Shown here one piece after another: positions 35,384 through 44,389 of a DNA stretch of 64,000 nucleotides. Where the stretch lies: positions 186,001 to 250,000 of the IMG/VR virus record IMGVR_UViG_3300047445_000186; one strand, given 5' to 3'. Made by a program: the position numbers and the translations under genes. The notes beneath the pieces are model-generated. The model made no database searches. It saw nothing but the letters and a program-made list of their open reading frames with translations, and was not told the DNA's origin. Within the stretch, counting starts at the first letter, position 1, and the number at the start of each line of letters is the position of its first letter.

Positions 35384-35904
35384 TGCAGTTGTACACCGCT
35401 CCCGAGCCCGTACCGTTCGGCCTTGATCCAGTTCCGTCTGTGTTCTTGGCTGGTTCGATCGAGCAGGGTACCGCAATTGACTGGCAGCACGAAGTGCTGG
35501 ACGAGATCAGCGATCTGCGGGTAGTGGTGTTCAACCCACGACGCAAGGCATGGGACGCGTCGTGGGTGCAATCAATCGACAACCCTCAGTTCAACAAGCA
35601 AGTGAACTGGGAGCTCGACAATCTGTCTCGTTCAGACATCGCGTTCTTCTACTTCGATCCAAAGACGAAGTCGCCAATCACGCTCATGGAACTTGGTTTC
35701 ATGCTTGGCCAATCCATGCAAGGTGGATGGTACGAGATCATCGTGGTTTGCCCAGACGGCTTTTGGCGTCAAGGGAATGTCGAGATCATGTGTGCTCGAG
35801 CCGTCGTGGCTGATGGCACTCGCGTTTCGTACGTGACCGAGCTTGACGCAGGGATTTCGATTCTACGCGACGACATTGAACGCCAGCTGGAACGCGCGAT
35901 TTAA
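35383..35904 (+). CDS. Nucleoside 2-deoxyribosyltransferase-like protein (NDT/DNPH1/MilB superfamily)
   Basis: SVFLAGSI, FNPRR, QVNWELDNL and SPITLMELG. Confidence 0.8.
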   Translation: MQLYTAPEPVPFGLDPVPSVFLAGSIEQGTAIDWQHEVLDEISDLRVVVFNPRRKAWDASWVQSIDNPQFNKQVNWELDNLSRSDIAFFYFDPKTKSPITLMELGFMLGQSMQGGWYEIIVVCPDGFWRQGNVEIMCARAVVADGTRVSYVTELDAGISILRDDIERQLERAI

Positions 35905-36458
35905 AGTCCCGTATCAGACGAGATCAGACGGAGCGGAGCTCCGTTGTTCTTGAACGTGAACGCAAGTTCTAAGAGTTGCTTGACTGCTTCGGTGGTCAAG
36001 CACTTTTTCGTATCGAAGCCAGGGTGATGCTTCAAAAATAGCTCAGTAGCGACCATGCCAAATCGGACCGTCGTGACTTTGCATGCGTAAGTCGAGTTGT
36101 TCGTCAATTTCGCTGCTTCCTCAAGACCGATCTTCGCGATTCGGTACTCCCACCATCTCTGATTCTCCGTGACCGCATCGACGACCGTGCTCGATGACGT
36201 GACCATGTGTGTTTTCCGGCTCTTGTTCGCGGCTGCCCATTCCAGAGCGAGCTTCGTCTGCGCAGAGACATGGTACGCATTGTTCAAGAACACGTCAGCG
36301 ATCAGAGATTTCTCGATGATCTGTTTCTGAACGTCCTCAAGCGAGATGTCCTGCCCATCTGATTTATCGAAGCCGATTACTTCGTAGCCAAGTCCGCTTA
36401 GGACTTCAGCGCCAAGCTTACCGATTCCGGCCAGATGGCCCGTGATTACGGCGATCAT
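35901..36458 (-). CDS. Short-chain dehydrogenase/reductase
   Basis: TGxxxGIG (ITGHLAGIG), NNA and YxxxK (YRIAK). Confidence 0.8.
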   Translation of the reverse strand: MIAVITGHLAGIGKLGAEVLSGLGYEVIGFDKSDGQDISLEDVQKQIIEKSLIADVFLNNAYHVSAQTKLALEWAAANKSRKTHMVTSSSTVVDAVTENQRWWEYRIAKIGLEEAAKLTNNSTYACKVTTVRFGMVATELFLKHHPGFDTKKCLTTEAVKQLLELAFTFKNNGAPLRLISSDTGL

Positions 36459-37027
36459 GTGATCAAGTGCCCGATAGGTTCGCTGAATCGCAGCGAAAGA
36501 GAAACACGGATCGTGTTCTTGAAGTTCTGAACGTTGTGCGCGGTGCCGACGTTCAGCCAGTACGGTTTGTTCAGCTCAACGCGCGAGATCTCGGTTGCGT
36601 TCTCGTACTTCGCGTACCCAAGCGTGCGTCTTGCGTTCGTGCCACCGTCGAACGGATCATCTTGCACGTCAACATGTACGTGCAGTTTCTCGGCCTTGCC
36701 TTCGGGCTCGTAGAACACGGTGTGCGTGCCATCGCAGTGATGGATCGGAAAGTTCAGCGCCAGGAACCGATCGTCCTCTAGATCTGCGTGAACAGGAATG
36801 TCGCTGTTCGGCATGATCACAATCAGCTGCGCAGCATCGACGAACGGTAGAACACCGCTTACCTCGAGAGCTTCCGAGAGTTCAGGCGCGGCCGCCAAGA
36901 GCTTCGGTAGATCTAGCGTCAGGAAGCGAGGAACCTTGATCGAATAGAAGTTCACCTGACGCAGAATGGCACGCGTTAACGCGCTCTTGAACGTGTACTC
37001 GGGCTGGAATGGTTTGAAACGGAACAT
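36455..37027 (-). CDS. Cupin/DSBH Fe(II)/2OG-oxygenase-like protein
   Basis: PVHAD, NVGTAHNVQN and RVS; paralog of 6051-6599; TAAATA 4 nt before the ATG. Confidence 0.65.
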   Translation of the reverse strand: MFRFKPFQPEYTFKSALTRAILRQVNFYSIKVPRFLTLDLPKLLAAAPELSEALEVSGVLPFVDAAQLIVIMPNSDIPVHADLEDDRFLALNFPIHHCDGTHTVFYEPEGKAEKLHVHVDVQDDPFDGGTNARRTLGYAKYENATEISRVELNKPYWLNVGTAHNVQNFKNTIRVSLSLRFSEPIGHLIT

Positions 37028-37102
37028 CGGGTATTTACCAAGTCGTTACGACGTTACAGATTCGTCGTCCCAGATCCTCGGCGCTGGTATAAGATGCCAG
37101 TC

Positions 37103-37486
37103 ATGCTACAAACGACCTACAAACTGAACACGCTCACGGCCACCGGCTGGGTCCGTTCGGAAACGACCGAGCTGAACGTGGGCGACAAGATCACGTTCAG
37201 GTGCAATGGCCGCGGTCGTGGTGGTCACTTCAACGTCACGGCGATCGTGACGAAGATCAAGCGGAAGACGATCGACTGCACGGAAGCCGAGCGCTCGTAC
37301 CGCCCAGGAACTCCCTGGTGCGTGAACAAGGAAGATGTCACGATTATGCGTGAAGCGCCGACCGTGTTCCTTCCGCTCGAGATGTCCGAGCGCGCGATCA
37401 AGCGCAGGATGGAAACCGCGTGGGACCTGCCCGGTGGATTTCTCGACAAGATCAATCTCGACATTCCCGTGCGGGAAATGAAATGA
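37103..37486 (+). CDS. Hypothetical protein, SH3-like
   Basis: LNVGDKITF; start is 37094 or 37103. Confidence 0.65.
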   Translation: MLQTTYKLNTLTATGWVRSETTELNVGDKITFRCNGRGRGGHFNVTAIVTKIKRKTIDCTEAERSYRPGTPWCVNKEDVTIMREAPTVFLPLEMSERAIKRRMETAWDLPGGFLDKINLDIPVREMK

Positions 37487-37563
37487 AAAACCTCGTTCGC
37501 GTTCTCGCGCTCCTGCTCGCGTGCGCGATCGTTCTCTCTGGCGTAATTTGGGTGACACGATGA
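37483..37563 (+). CDS. 26-aa membrane micro-protein
   Basis: MKNLVRVLALLLACAIVLSGVIWVTR; ATGA overlaps at both ends. Confidence 0.6.
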   Translation: MKNLVRVLALLLACAIVLSGVIWVTR

Positions 37564-37835
37564 GACTTGTGCTTTTCTTCACGGACGGCGATGGCTGCTC
37601 CTGGTCCGCAGACACGACCCTCCCGTTCGAGTGGGAGTCGGCCGAAGCTGCGATCGTCGAGTTCGAGCGAGCCTGCAAGACCGCGTTCGCCGAGCGTCAG
37701 CAGACATTCATGTTCGCAGGTCACGAGCTCTCGCCGGACGCATTCTACCCGCGCGATTCGTACTTGCAACCGAAGTACCAAGCTCCGTCGATCATGACGG
37801 TCGATGAGTGGTTCGAAAACTACGGAGGTCAATGA
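37560..37835 (+). CDS. Hypothetical protein
   Basis: Coupled small ORF. Confidence 0.6.
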   Translation: MRLVLFFTDGDGCSWSADTTLPFEWESAEAAIVEFERACKTAFAERQQTFMFAGHELSPDAFYPRDSYLQPKYQAPSIMTVDEWFENYGGQ

Positions 37836-38218
37836 TGGCTGCAACAATCCAGTGGCAGAAGAACTGCTACGGCTGCACGGAAGCGGAACTTCGTGACGGC
37901 CTTGCGCGAGCGATCGCGCTGAGCGGACCGGCGATGATCGCGATGTCGATCCTGTCGGACTCGCAGGAAATTCTCGAGGGGCCGAAGGGCGACAAGGATC
38001 TCGCGAGACAGTTCATGAACCGCGCGAAGTGGGTAATCGCCGAGCACATGCCGCGGATGATCCACGCGGGCTGGGAAGGTCGCCAGCTCTACCATGACGA
38101 GAACGTCTGGAGCTCGTGGAAGCCGATCGAAAAGGGCGATCTCGAAAGGTGGATGGCGCGTCAAGGCGACCGGAACTACGAGATGCGCAAACTGTTCATT
38201 GAAGAAAAGAGGGACTGA
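37832..38218 (+). CDS. Hypothetical protein
   Basis: RBS GGAGG, coupled. Confidence 0.65.
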   Translation: MMAATIQWQKNCYGCTEAELRDGLARAIALSGPAMIAMSILSDSQEILEGPKGDKDLARQFMNRAKWVIAEHMPRMIHAGWEGRQLYHDENVWSSWKPIEKGDLERWMARQGDRNYEMRKLFIEEKRD

Positions 38219-38219
38219 C

Positions 38220-38615
38220 ATGAAAGCTTGGGACAAATACAAGACGAACCTGCCGTACCCGTCGAAGAGCGAGTTCACGACCACGTACTACTACCGTCGT
38301 GGCGAGCTGATCGCGAAGAAGCTCGGTGATGCAACGGCGGTTTACGAGCCGAACTGCATGACCGTCGCGCTCGACCAGTGCGTGACCGAGAAGGTCGTCG
38401 ACGAAGCCGCATTCAAGAAAGCGCGGAATGAGTACGGCACGGAAGAGCGCCGGCTGCAGGAAGAATTCGAGAAAGATCTGTACGAAGATCTCGGCATCGT
38501 CGGCCACCCAAAGGCCTCGCGCCTGTACGGCATGGCCTGGGAAGACGGACACGCGAACGGGTACAGCGAGGTGTACAGCCGTGCTGCGGTGCTGGTCGAT
38601 CTGATCAAGGACTGA
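38220..38615 (+). CDS. Hypothetical protein
   Basis: C-terminal LYGMAWEDGHANGYSEV; strong codon bias. Confidence 0.7.
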   Translation: MKAWDKYKTNLPYPSKSEFTTTYYYRRGELIAKKLGDATAVYEPNCMTVALDQCVTEKVVDEAAFKKARNEYGTEERRLQEEFEKDLYEDLGIVGHPKASRLYGMAWEDGHANGYSEVYSRAAVLVDLIKD

Positions 38616-38618
38616 CGC

Positions 38619-38822
38619 GTGCACAGGCAGAAAATCCTGATCGACAAGGTTCGGCCTGTGCACTCTGGCGGGCGATTGCACGCGCTGATCCACACGATCC
38701 CCGAGCCGTACCAATCGCAGTTCTTGGCGGATACCGATCCAGCGCTGCTTGTTCGCTCGAATCGAGGGAAGGTCATGATTCCGTTCCTCGTGTGGCAGCG
38801 CTGGATGCAGAAACAGGTGTGA
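38619..38822 (+). CDS. Hypothetical protein
   Basis: GTG start directly after the previous stop. Confidence 0.5.
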   Translation: MHRQKILIDKVRPVHSGGRLHALIHTIPEPYQSQFLADTDPALLVRSNRGKVMIPFLVWQRWMQKQV

Positions 38823-39183
38823 CATGGGAACACGTCAATATCAACTAGGATTGCGGCACGCTGAGAAAGGCGTGCCGTACATGAGCCATCGGAAATTCCC
38901 GTACAACGGAAGATCCGATCAACGCAGTTACGACCACGGATATCGAGATGGTAAGAGCCCTCCTCACAGCAGAACGAATTCGACAAATCGGAACGGTCCA
39001 GCCGTTTAACGTGTCGCTTGATGCTCTCCAGTACGTGGCTGGTCAGCTCTCGGCGCGGTGCAGCACCTTCGAGGAAGTTCTCGAGCAGGAGTCGTATCTC
39101 GAAGATCTCGAGAACGCGGTTCGGAAACTGCGCCTCGCGTACGAAACAGCAAAGGCGTTAGCGCCAGTCAAAGGAAGAAGATC

Positions 39184-39456
39184 ATGAGTTTGCCAGTTCA
39201 GATGGAAGCAATCAAGAAGAGCATGCAGAAAGACACGATCTCGTCTTTCTGGACGATGCTTCAAGAACTCGACTCCGTTGCTCGAGATACGAAGGACAAG
39301 GTCCTGATGCACTGGGTCGTGTGCTGGTACAAGCAGTGGAATGCGATCACGAACGACGAGAAGGTTCCGTCGTGGCTGCGTGATCAAGCGAACACGTACA
39401 CCGACACGCTGATCGACAAGCTCACGGAATCGGCAGCCAAGAATCTCGAGGGCTAG
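39184..39456 (+). CDS. Hypothetical protein
   Basis: RBS AAGGAAG; start MSLPVQM. Confidence 0.6.
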   Translation: MSLPVQMEAIKKSMQKDTISSFWTMLQELDSVARDTKDKVLMHWVVCWYKQWNAITNDEKVPSWLRDQANTYTDTLIDKLTESAAKNLEG

Positions 39457-39459
39457 ACT

Positions 39460-39549
39460 ATGAACTGGCATCTTGTCTGGACTCTGTCTCCAGTCTGGGG
39501 ACCCATTCTCGTACTTGGCCTCGCGCTGATCGTGAAAGGGGAGTTGTAA
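39460..39549 (+). CDS. 29-aa membrane micro-protein
   Basis: MNWHLVWTLSPVWGPILVLGLALIVKGEL fills the intergenic gap. Confidence 0.5.
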   Translation: MNWHLVWTLSPVWGPILVLGLALIVKGEL

Positions 39550-39595
39550 CGGTGCCGATCACCGTTACAGATTGACCCTGCAAGTGTGGTACAAT
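39545..39595 (+). promoter_or_regulatory. TGTAAC-N13-GTTACA-N20-TACAAT promoter, copy 2
   Basis: TGTAACGGT / ACCGTTACA inverted repeat; GTTACA 39564-39569, TACAAT 39590-39595. Confidence 0.7.
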
Positions 39596-39601
39596 TCACC
39601 C

Positions 39602-41143
39602 ATGAACACCACACTGAACCCTGTCGCCGAAGCTGCTGCCGCAGTCTTCCTGCCCAGCCCTCAGCAAGCGGACTTCTTCAAGTGGATCCTTGAAGGCGTT
39701 GGCTCCTGCGTTCTGGAAGCTGTCGCTGGTGCCGGCAAGACGACCACGCTGATTCAAGCGCTTGGCCTGATGGTCGGAACGATCTTCCTCGGTGCATTCT
39801 CGAAGAACATCGCGGTCGAGATCGAAGCACGCGCGCCGAAGAAGCCGGGTCTGTTCATCAGCACGATGCATGCTGCTGGTTTCAGGGCCTGGCGCCGCGC
39901 CGCTCCGAAGGTCCGCATCGACGAAGACAAGTGCCGGAACATCTTCCGCAATGCGTGCCTGAAGTACCCCGAGTACAAGCCATTCGAGCAGCCGGTCCTG
40001 AAGCTCGTCGAAATGGCAAAGCAATCCGCCGTCGGTATCACGAAGTCCGAAGCTGACCGGAACGTGTGGGTCGAGATCATCGAGCACTTCGACATCGAGA
40101 CTTTCGACGAAGAACTCGGCGTCGACAACACGAACAAGATCATCAGCCTCGCTCGCAAGACCCTGCAACGTTCGCAAGAGATGGACATGGACGCCGTTGA
40201 CTTCAACGACATGATCTACGCGCCGCTGTTCCACAACGTGCGTATGTTCGAACACGACTGGGTGCTGGTTGATGAAGCCCAAGACACGAACGAGATTCGT
40301 CGCCTTCTCGCCCTGCGGATGCTGAAGCGCGGTGGACGTCTGGTCGCAGTTGGTGATCGTCACCAAGCGATCTTCGGTTTCACCGGTGCCGATTCGAAGG
40401 CACTCGAGATGATCGCGACGGCCGTGAACGCGAAGCTCCTCCCGCTCACGATCACGTATCGCTGCCCGAAGTCAGTCGTTGCTTACGCAAAGCAATGGGT
40501 GAACCACATCGAAGCTGCCGAAACCGCGCCTGAAGGCGTCGTGTCCCACGGTGATGTGAACAACCTGTTCAGCCTCGCGGTTCCTGGTGACGCAATCCTC
40601 TGCCGCTTCAACGCGCCGCTGATCAAGTATGTGTATCAGTTCATCGCCCGCGGTATTCCCGCGAAGGTCGAAGGTCGCGAAATTGGCGAAGGTCTGAAGG
40701 TCCTCGCACGTCGCTGGAAGGTCAAGAAGCTCGCTGCCATGACCGACAAGCTCGACGCGTACCTCGAGCGTGAAGTCGCGAAATGGCGCGTGAAGGAACA
40801 AGAAGCGAAGGCCGCCGCGGTCGAAGACAAGGTGAACTGCCTCCGCGTGATCATCGATCGCGTCGCCAAGATCGATCCGAACTGCGCGAATCCGGTCGAA
40901 CGCGTTTGTGAAGAAGTCGACGCGATCTTCACCCAAGAAAAGGGACAGAAGGTCGTGCTGTTCAGCTCGATCCACAAGGCCAAGGGTCGCGAATGGCACA
41001 AGGTTGTTTGGCTCCAAACCGGTCCTTCTGCTTGGGCTCGCAAGGAATGGGAACAAGAGCAAGAGGATAACCTCTGCTACGTTGCAGCAACTCGTGCAAA
41101 GCACGAACTCTGCCTGGTCGATATCTCGAAGGAAGAAAAGTGA
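39602..41143 (+). CDS. UvrD/Rep-like SF1 helicase
   Basis: AVAGAGKTT, LVDEAQD, VGDRHQAIFGF, TYRCP, SIHKAKGREW and YVAATRAK. Confidence 0.9.
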   Translation: MNTTLNPVAEAAAAVFLPSPQQADFFKWILEGVGSCVLEAVAGAGKTTTLIQALGLMVGTIFLGAFSKNIAVEIEARAPKKPGLFISTMHAAGFRAWRRAAPKVRIDEDKCRNIFRNACLKYPEYKPFEQPVLKLVEMAKQSAVGITKSEADRNVWVEIIEHFDIETFDEELGVDNTNKIISLARKTLQRSQEMDMDAVDFNDMIYAPLFHNVRMFEHDWVLVDEAQDTNEIRRLLALRMLKRGGRLVAVGDRHQAIFGFTGADSKALEMIATAVNAKLLPLTITYRCPKSVVAYAKQWVNHIEAAETAPEGVVSHGDVNNLFSLAVPGDAILCRFNAPLIKYVYQFIARGIPAKVEGREIGEGLKVLARRWKVKKLAAMTDKLDAYLEREVAKWRVKEQEAKAAAVEDKVNCLRVIIDRVAKIDPNCANPVERVCEEVDAIFTQEKGQKVVLFSSIHKAKGREWHKVVWLQTGPSAWARKEWEQEQEDNLCYVAATRAKHELCLVDISKEEK

Positions 41144-41502
41144 AAATTCAAATTCAAGGAAAGCCAGAGTTCGAGATCAGCCTGACGAAGGAGCACGTGC
41201 TCCTTCTCATGAAGCTCTCAAGCTGCCACTACGATTCGCGTTGCAAGAACGCCAGCCAGCCTCGCGGTTTCCTGTTCGGCTGGAACAACATCCTCGGCCT
41301 CACGCCCGACGGCGAGACCCTCCCGATTCGCGCGACTTGGCACGAACTCGACACGGTCCTGAAGATCATCGAGATGCCGCCGCCCCTGACCGCGGACGAG
41401 ATCCATCTCCGCGCCGAAATGCAGCGCTGCTTTTTCGCAGCTTTCCGCCTGGCAAACGAGGTCTACAGTGCGTGGACAGTGACACTCGAGGACCCAGCCT
41501 AA
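41140..41502 (+). CDS. Hypothetical protein
   Basis: GTGA overlap with the helicase stop. Confidence 0.6.
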   Translation: MKIQIQGKPEFEISLTKEHVLLLMKLSSCHYDSRCKNASQPRGFLFGWNNILGLTPDGETLPIRATWHELDTVLKIIEMPPPLTADEIHLRAEMQRCFFAAFRLANEVYSAWTVTLEDPA

Positions 41503-41586
41503 GAACCTATCACTGAGCGCGACGAAAGTTCCCTGACGTCACCTCGTGTCGCCGAGCCTACCTTCAAACCACCTTAGGAGAATGCA

Positions 41587-41844
41587 ATGCCGAAAGAGAA
41601 AGCAGTGATCTTCCGTGTTCTGATCGAGCCGAAGTCCCTCGCCCGCGTGCTTGTCCACGCTGTTGAGCTCGACGCTCAGAACTTCCATGTTCAGGACGAT
41701 CGTGGTGGCACGGGTTACTGGCACGTGAACTTCACCGACATCCAACGGAACGTCGTTCGACAGATCGTCGGTCCTGGCGTCGACATTCAAGATCTCGACG
41801 AACATGGCCGCCCGATCCGGGTGCTAGCCTTCGCTGAGGAGTGA
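41587..41844 (+). CDS. Hypothetical protein
   Basis: RBS AGGAG. Confidence 0.65.
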   Translation: MPKEKAVIFRVLIEPKSLARVLVHAVELDAQNFHVQDDRGGTGYWHVNFTDIQRNVVRQIVGPGVDIQDLDEHGRPIRVLAFAEE

Positions 41845-42053
41845 ACATGGACGAGTTCTACCAATACCACCTGAGCGAACAAGGTCGGGCAGAGATTGCC
41901 AAGAAAGCCGAGGAACTCAGGAAGAAGCTCGAAGAAAGCCGCGAGAAGCGCGTGCCATTCAAGCTGCACGACATCGGCCAGCGCGGGGTTGCTGAAAGCT
42001 GAACGCTATCTGCCACCTAATGCCTGTATAACTCGCACCTCATGGAGAATTGA

Positions 42054-42275
42054 ATGGCTTCGATAGGAAACGGACGATGCTGCTGGGTTCTAGTTCCCGC
42101 GAAAGCAGGACAAGAAGCAGTGTTCTGCGAGAAGCCGACGGGGTACGACATGCCTCGCGACGACGATGGAAATCGACATCGCAAGTACCGCACGTTCTGC
42201 CCAGAGCACGAGGTGATCGCAAGTAAACAGGACGAGGATGAGACTCGTTCGCATGAGGACTACGGGGACTCTTGA
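42054..42275 (+). CDS. Small Cys/His-rich protein (possible Zn finger)
   Basis: CC...C...CPEH pattern; RBS GGAG. Confidence 0.5.
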   Translation: MASIGNGRCCWVLVPAKAGQEAVFCEKPTGYDMPRDDDGNRHRKYRTFCPEHEVIASKQDEDETRSHEDYGDS

Positions 42276-42287
42276 TCCCGAACCCAA

Positions 42288-42806
42288 ATGAAGGTTGCAT
42301 ATGACGTCGTGATTGGTCGGCCAGCGTGTATAGTTCTAGCTATGCGCCTAGGCGCCGACATTGCGACTTCGTTGATCTTCGACAAGAAGCACTGGTTGAT
42401 GGAACAGACCGCGAACATGAGAGTACACGACGTATCGTTCGCGACCCTTCGAAATATGGTGTACCTCTCAGAGGCGCGCTGGAACCAATGGAGCAGAGAG
42501 ATGGACAAACCGCTGGACAAATCTGAAATCACGATTCGCAAGGGTGGTGGAATGTCGATCGTCGGCGCAGACGCCACGAACCTCTACCGCGCCGTGATGC
42601 TCGGGCAGGCACTGAGGATGTACGCGAAGACCAAGATGCTCGCGACACGGAATGCGACTCCGAGCGTGATGCTCAGGATGGCGGCCGAATACTCTGGCAA
42701 GACGTACAAGCGTGGCCAGTACGTGCAGGCGGCCGATGATCTCCAGATCTGGATCGACACCATGAAGGCCGCGTTGCCGATCAACTACGAGGACGAGAAG
42801 TCATGA
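42288..42806 (+). CDS. Hypothetical protein
   Basis: The C-terminal half has strong phage codon bias; the start is uncertain. Confidence 0.55.
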   Translation: MKVAYDVVIGRPACIVLAMRLGADIATSLIFDKKHWLMEQTANMRVHDVSFATLRNMVYLSEARWNQWSREMDKPLDKSEITIRKGGGMSIVGADATNLYRAVMLGQALRMYAKTKMLATRNATPSVMLRMAAEYSGKTYKRGQYVQAADDLQIWIDTMKAALPINYEDEKS

Positions 42807-43027
42807 CCTGGCTGAAGCTCTACCGCTGGTGGAAAGGCGGTCGGTGGGTGAAACACGAGAACAAGTGGTACCTCGCTGACGTGAACGGCTACATCCGCGG
42901 CGAGTGTCTGAGCGACGAAGGGCGACCATCGTACTTCTCATGCCACGCCGATTTCAAGGGGAACCAAGCGGTCGAAGACTACCGCGCCCCGTACAAGAAT
43001 TCCCCATTCAACAAGAAAGCAAAATGA
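42803..43027 (+). CDS. Hypothetical Trp-rich protein
   Basis: ATGA overlaps. Confidence 0.55.
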   Translation: MTWLKLYRWWKGGRWVKHENKWYLADVNGYIRGECLSDEGRPSYFSCHADFKGNQAVEDYRAPYKNSPFNKKAK

Positions 43028-43485
43028 GCTACCGCCTTTACACCTTCGTGAACCACATCTACATGAGCGAGAAGCAGTTCGGTATCCAGACCGCGCACCT
43101 CGTCTCGACGATGATGAACAACGTCGCCGAACTCAAGGGCGAAGACATGCGGTCGTACCACAAGGTGCATGCATGGGCCGCTGAGTCACCAACGATCATC
43201 ATGTGTCAGGGTGGGAACGTTGCAATGCTGACTGAGTTGTACGAGAAGTTGAAGCCTCTCGCAGCCGATCTGCAGTTGCCCGTCGCGAAGTTCCACGAAG
43301 ATGAACAGAGCCTTGGTGGTGTAATCACCTGCGTCGGGGTTCTCGTTCCTGAGTACCTGTTCGACGCTGAAGTGGTATGGATCGCTGGTTCTCCAGTGTT
43401 CACGATCACGCAAGACAACCCGCGCCCTGCAACTCTGCTCGAGAACGAGTTCCTGGGGATCGTGAAGATCGCGCGTCTCGCGTAA
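43024..43485 (+). CDS. PTH2-like (peptidyl-tRNA hydrolase 2 fold) protein
   Basis: GIQTAH, a W..ESPTII segment, FHEDEQSLGGVITCVG. Confidence 0.55.
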   Translation: MSYRLYTFVNHIYMSEKQFGIQTAHLVSTMMNNVAELKGEDMRSYHKVHAWAAESPTIIMCQGGNVAMLTELYEKLKPLAADLQLPVAKFHEDEQSLGGVITCVGVLVPEYLFDAEVVWIAGSPVFTITQDNPRPATLLENEFLGIVKIARLA

Positions 43486-43495
43486 GGAGTCTCCC

Positions 43496-43981
43496 ATGAC
43501 TGATGACAACATTGACAAGTTCTTCAACGATGCAGGGTTCGCCGCTTGGCACGCCAAGATCGCGCTCACGATCGCTAAAAGTGGTCATCAGCTCATGGGC
43601 GTGTTCGATCATGAAGGCACCATGGCAAGCTTCACGTATACGATTGGTCTTGAGAAACAACTCGGATTCGAGCTGATCGTGTTCGGCCTCCCGTACAAAT
43701 ATGCAGGTCTACTTCTGAATTACATCGCGGCTCAAGTGAAAGCTGGCGAAAAGCTGGTCCTCGATGTACCAGATCAGCGGTGGGCGCAGATTCCGCTGCT
43801 GTTCAAGAAGGCCGATGAAAGAGCGCGAGGATACGTGTGCCAAGCTGATCGGTACTACGGGCACGATGTGCAGACCGTCCAGATCGTGCTACCCGATAAG
43901 AATGCTCGTTTTCCTGGAGACGCGGAGTACGATATTGAGTACATGGAACCCCGCCAATCTCTGCTCTATGACCCAACATAA
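43496..43981 (+). CDS. DUF4262-like protein
   Basis: FTYTIGL, ELIVFGLP and VQIVLPD...FP. Confidence 0.65.
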   Translation: MTDDNIDKFFNDAGFAAWHAKIALTIAKSGHQLMGVFDHEGTMASFTYTIGLEKQLGFELIVFGLPYKYAGLLLNYIAAQVKAGEKLVLDVPDQRWAQIPLLFKKADERARGYVCQADRYYGHDVQTVQIVLPDKNARFPGDAEYDIEYMEPRQSLLYDPT

Positions 43982-44360
43982 AATCGTTCACGTCCTCGTT
44001 CCAGTCCATGATCAGGGCCGCAAGGGCCCTGTCGGGGTTTTGATTCTGCATCATGTCGAAACAGAGATGTGGTTCATGCCTGCCGATTACCTTGGCGACG
44101 AGACGGCGAAGGAAGCGGCCTCGAGAATTCTACGGGACCGAACGTTCATCGACATTCCGTCTTCGCAGTTCCGGTTCGTTGCGCATCGTGGAGGCATGAC
44201 TGAAGTGTTCATGCTCTCTCAGACACCCCTGACGGTGGCCGAGGTGGACCGAGTGACACCGACCGGCGAGTATGATATGGCTACACTAGGCTCGCCAGTC
44301 GATGTCCTCGGCTCACGTGTCGAGACTGACATTCTCAGGGATCTTTCGTACTGGTCCTGA
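43968..44360 (+). CDS. Degenerate Nudix-fold protein
   Basis: WFMPADYLGDETAKEAASRILRDRT resembles a Nudix box lacking the REUxEE glutamates. Confidence 0.45.
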   Translation: MTQHKIVHVLVPVHDQGRKGPVGVLILHHVETEMWFMPADYLGDETAKEAASRILRDRTFIDIPSSQFRFVAHRGGMTEVFMLSQTPLTVAEVDRVTPTGEYDMATLGSPVDVLGSRVETDILRDLSYWS

Positions 44361-44389
44361 ACCCGACATCCCGGGTGTGAGGTTCAAGT

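Noticed and set aside
21371-39601. ORF-track starts at 21418, 24695 and 39572
   Set aside because: The extensions run through promoter motifs. Starts at 21370, 24599 and 39602 fit paralog alignment, RBS or promoter position better.
41503-41586. Possible small ribozyme or ncRNA in the intergenic gap (CTGA...GAAA words)
   Set aside because: The hammerhead core CUGANGA is absent and I could not build consistent flanking stems.
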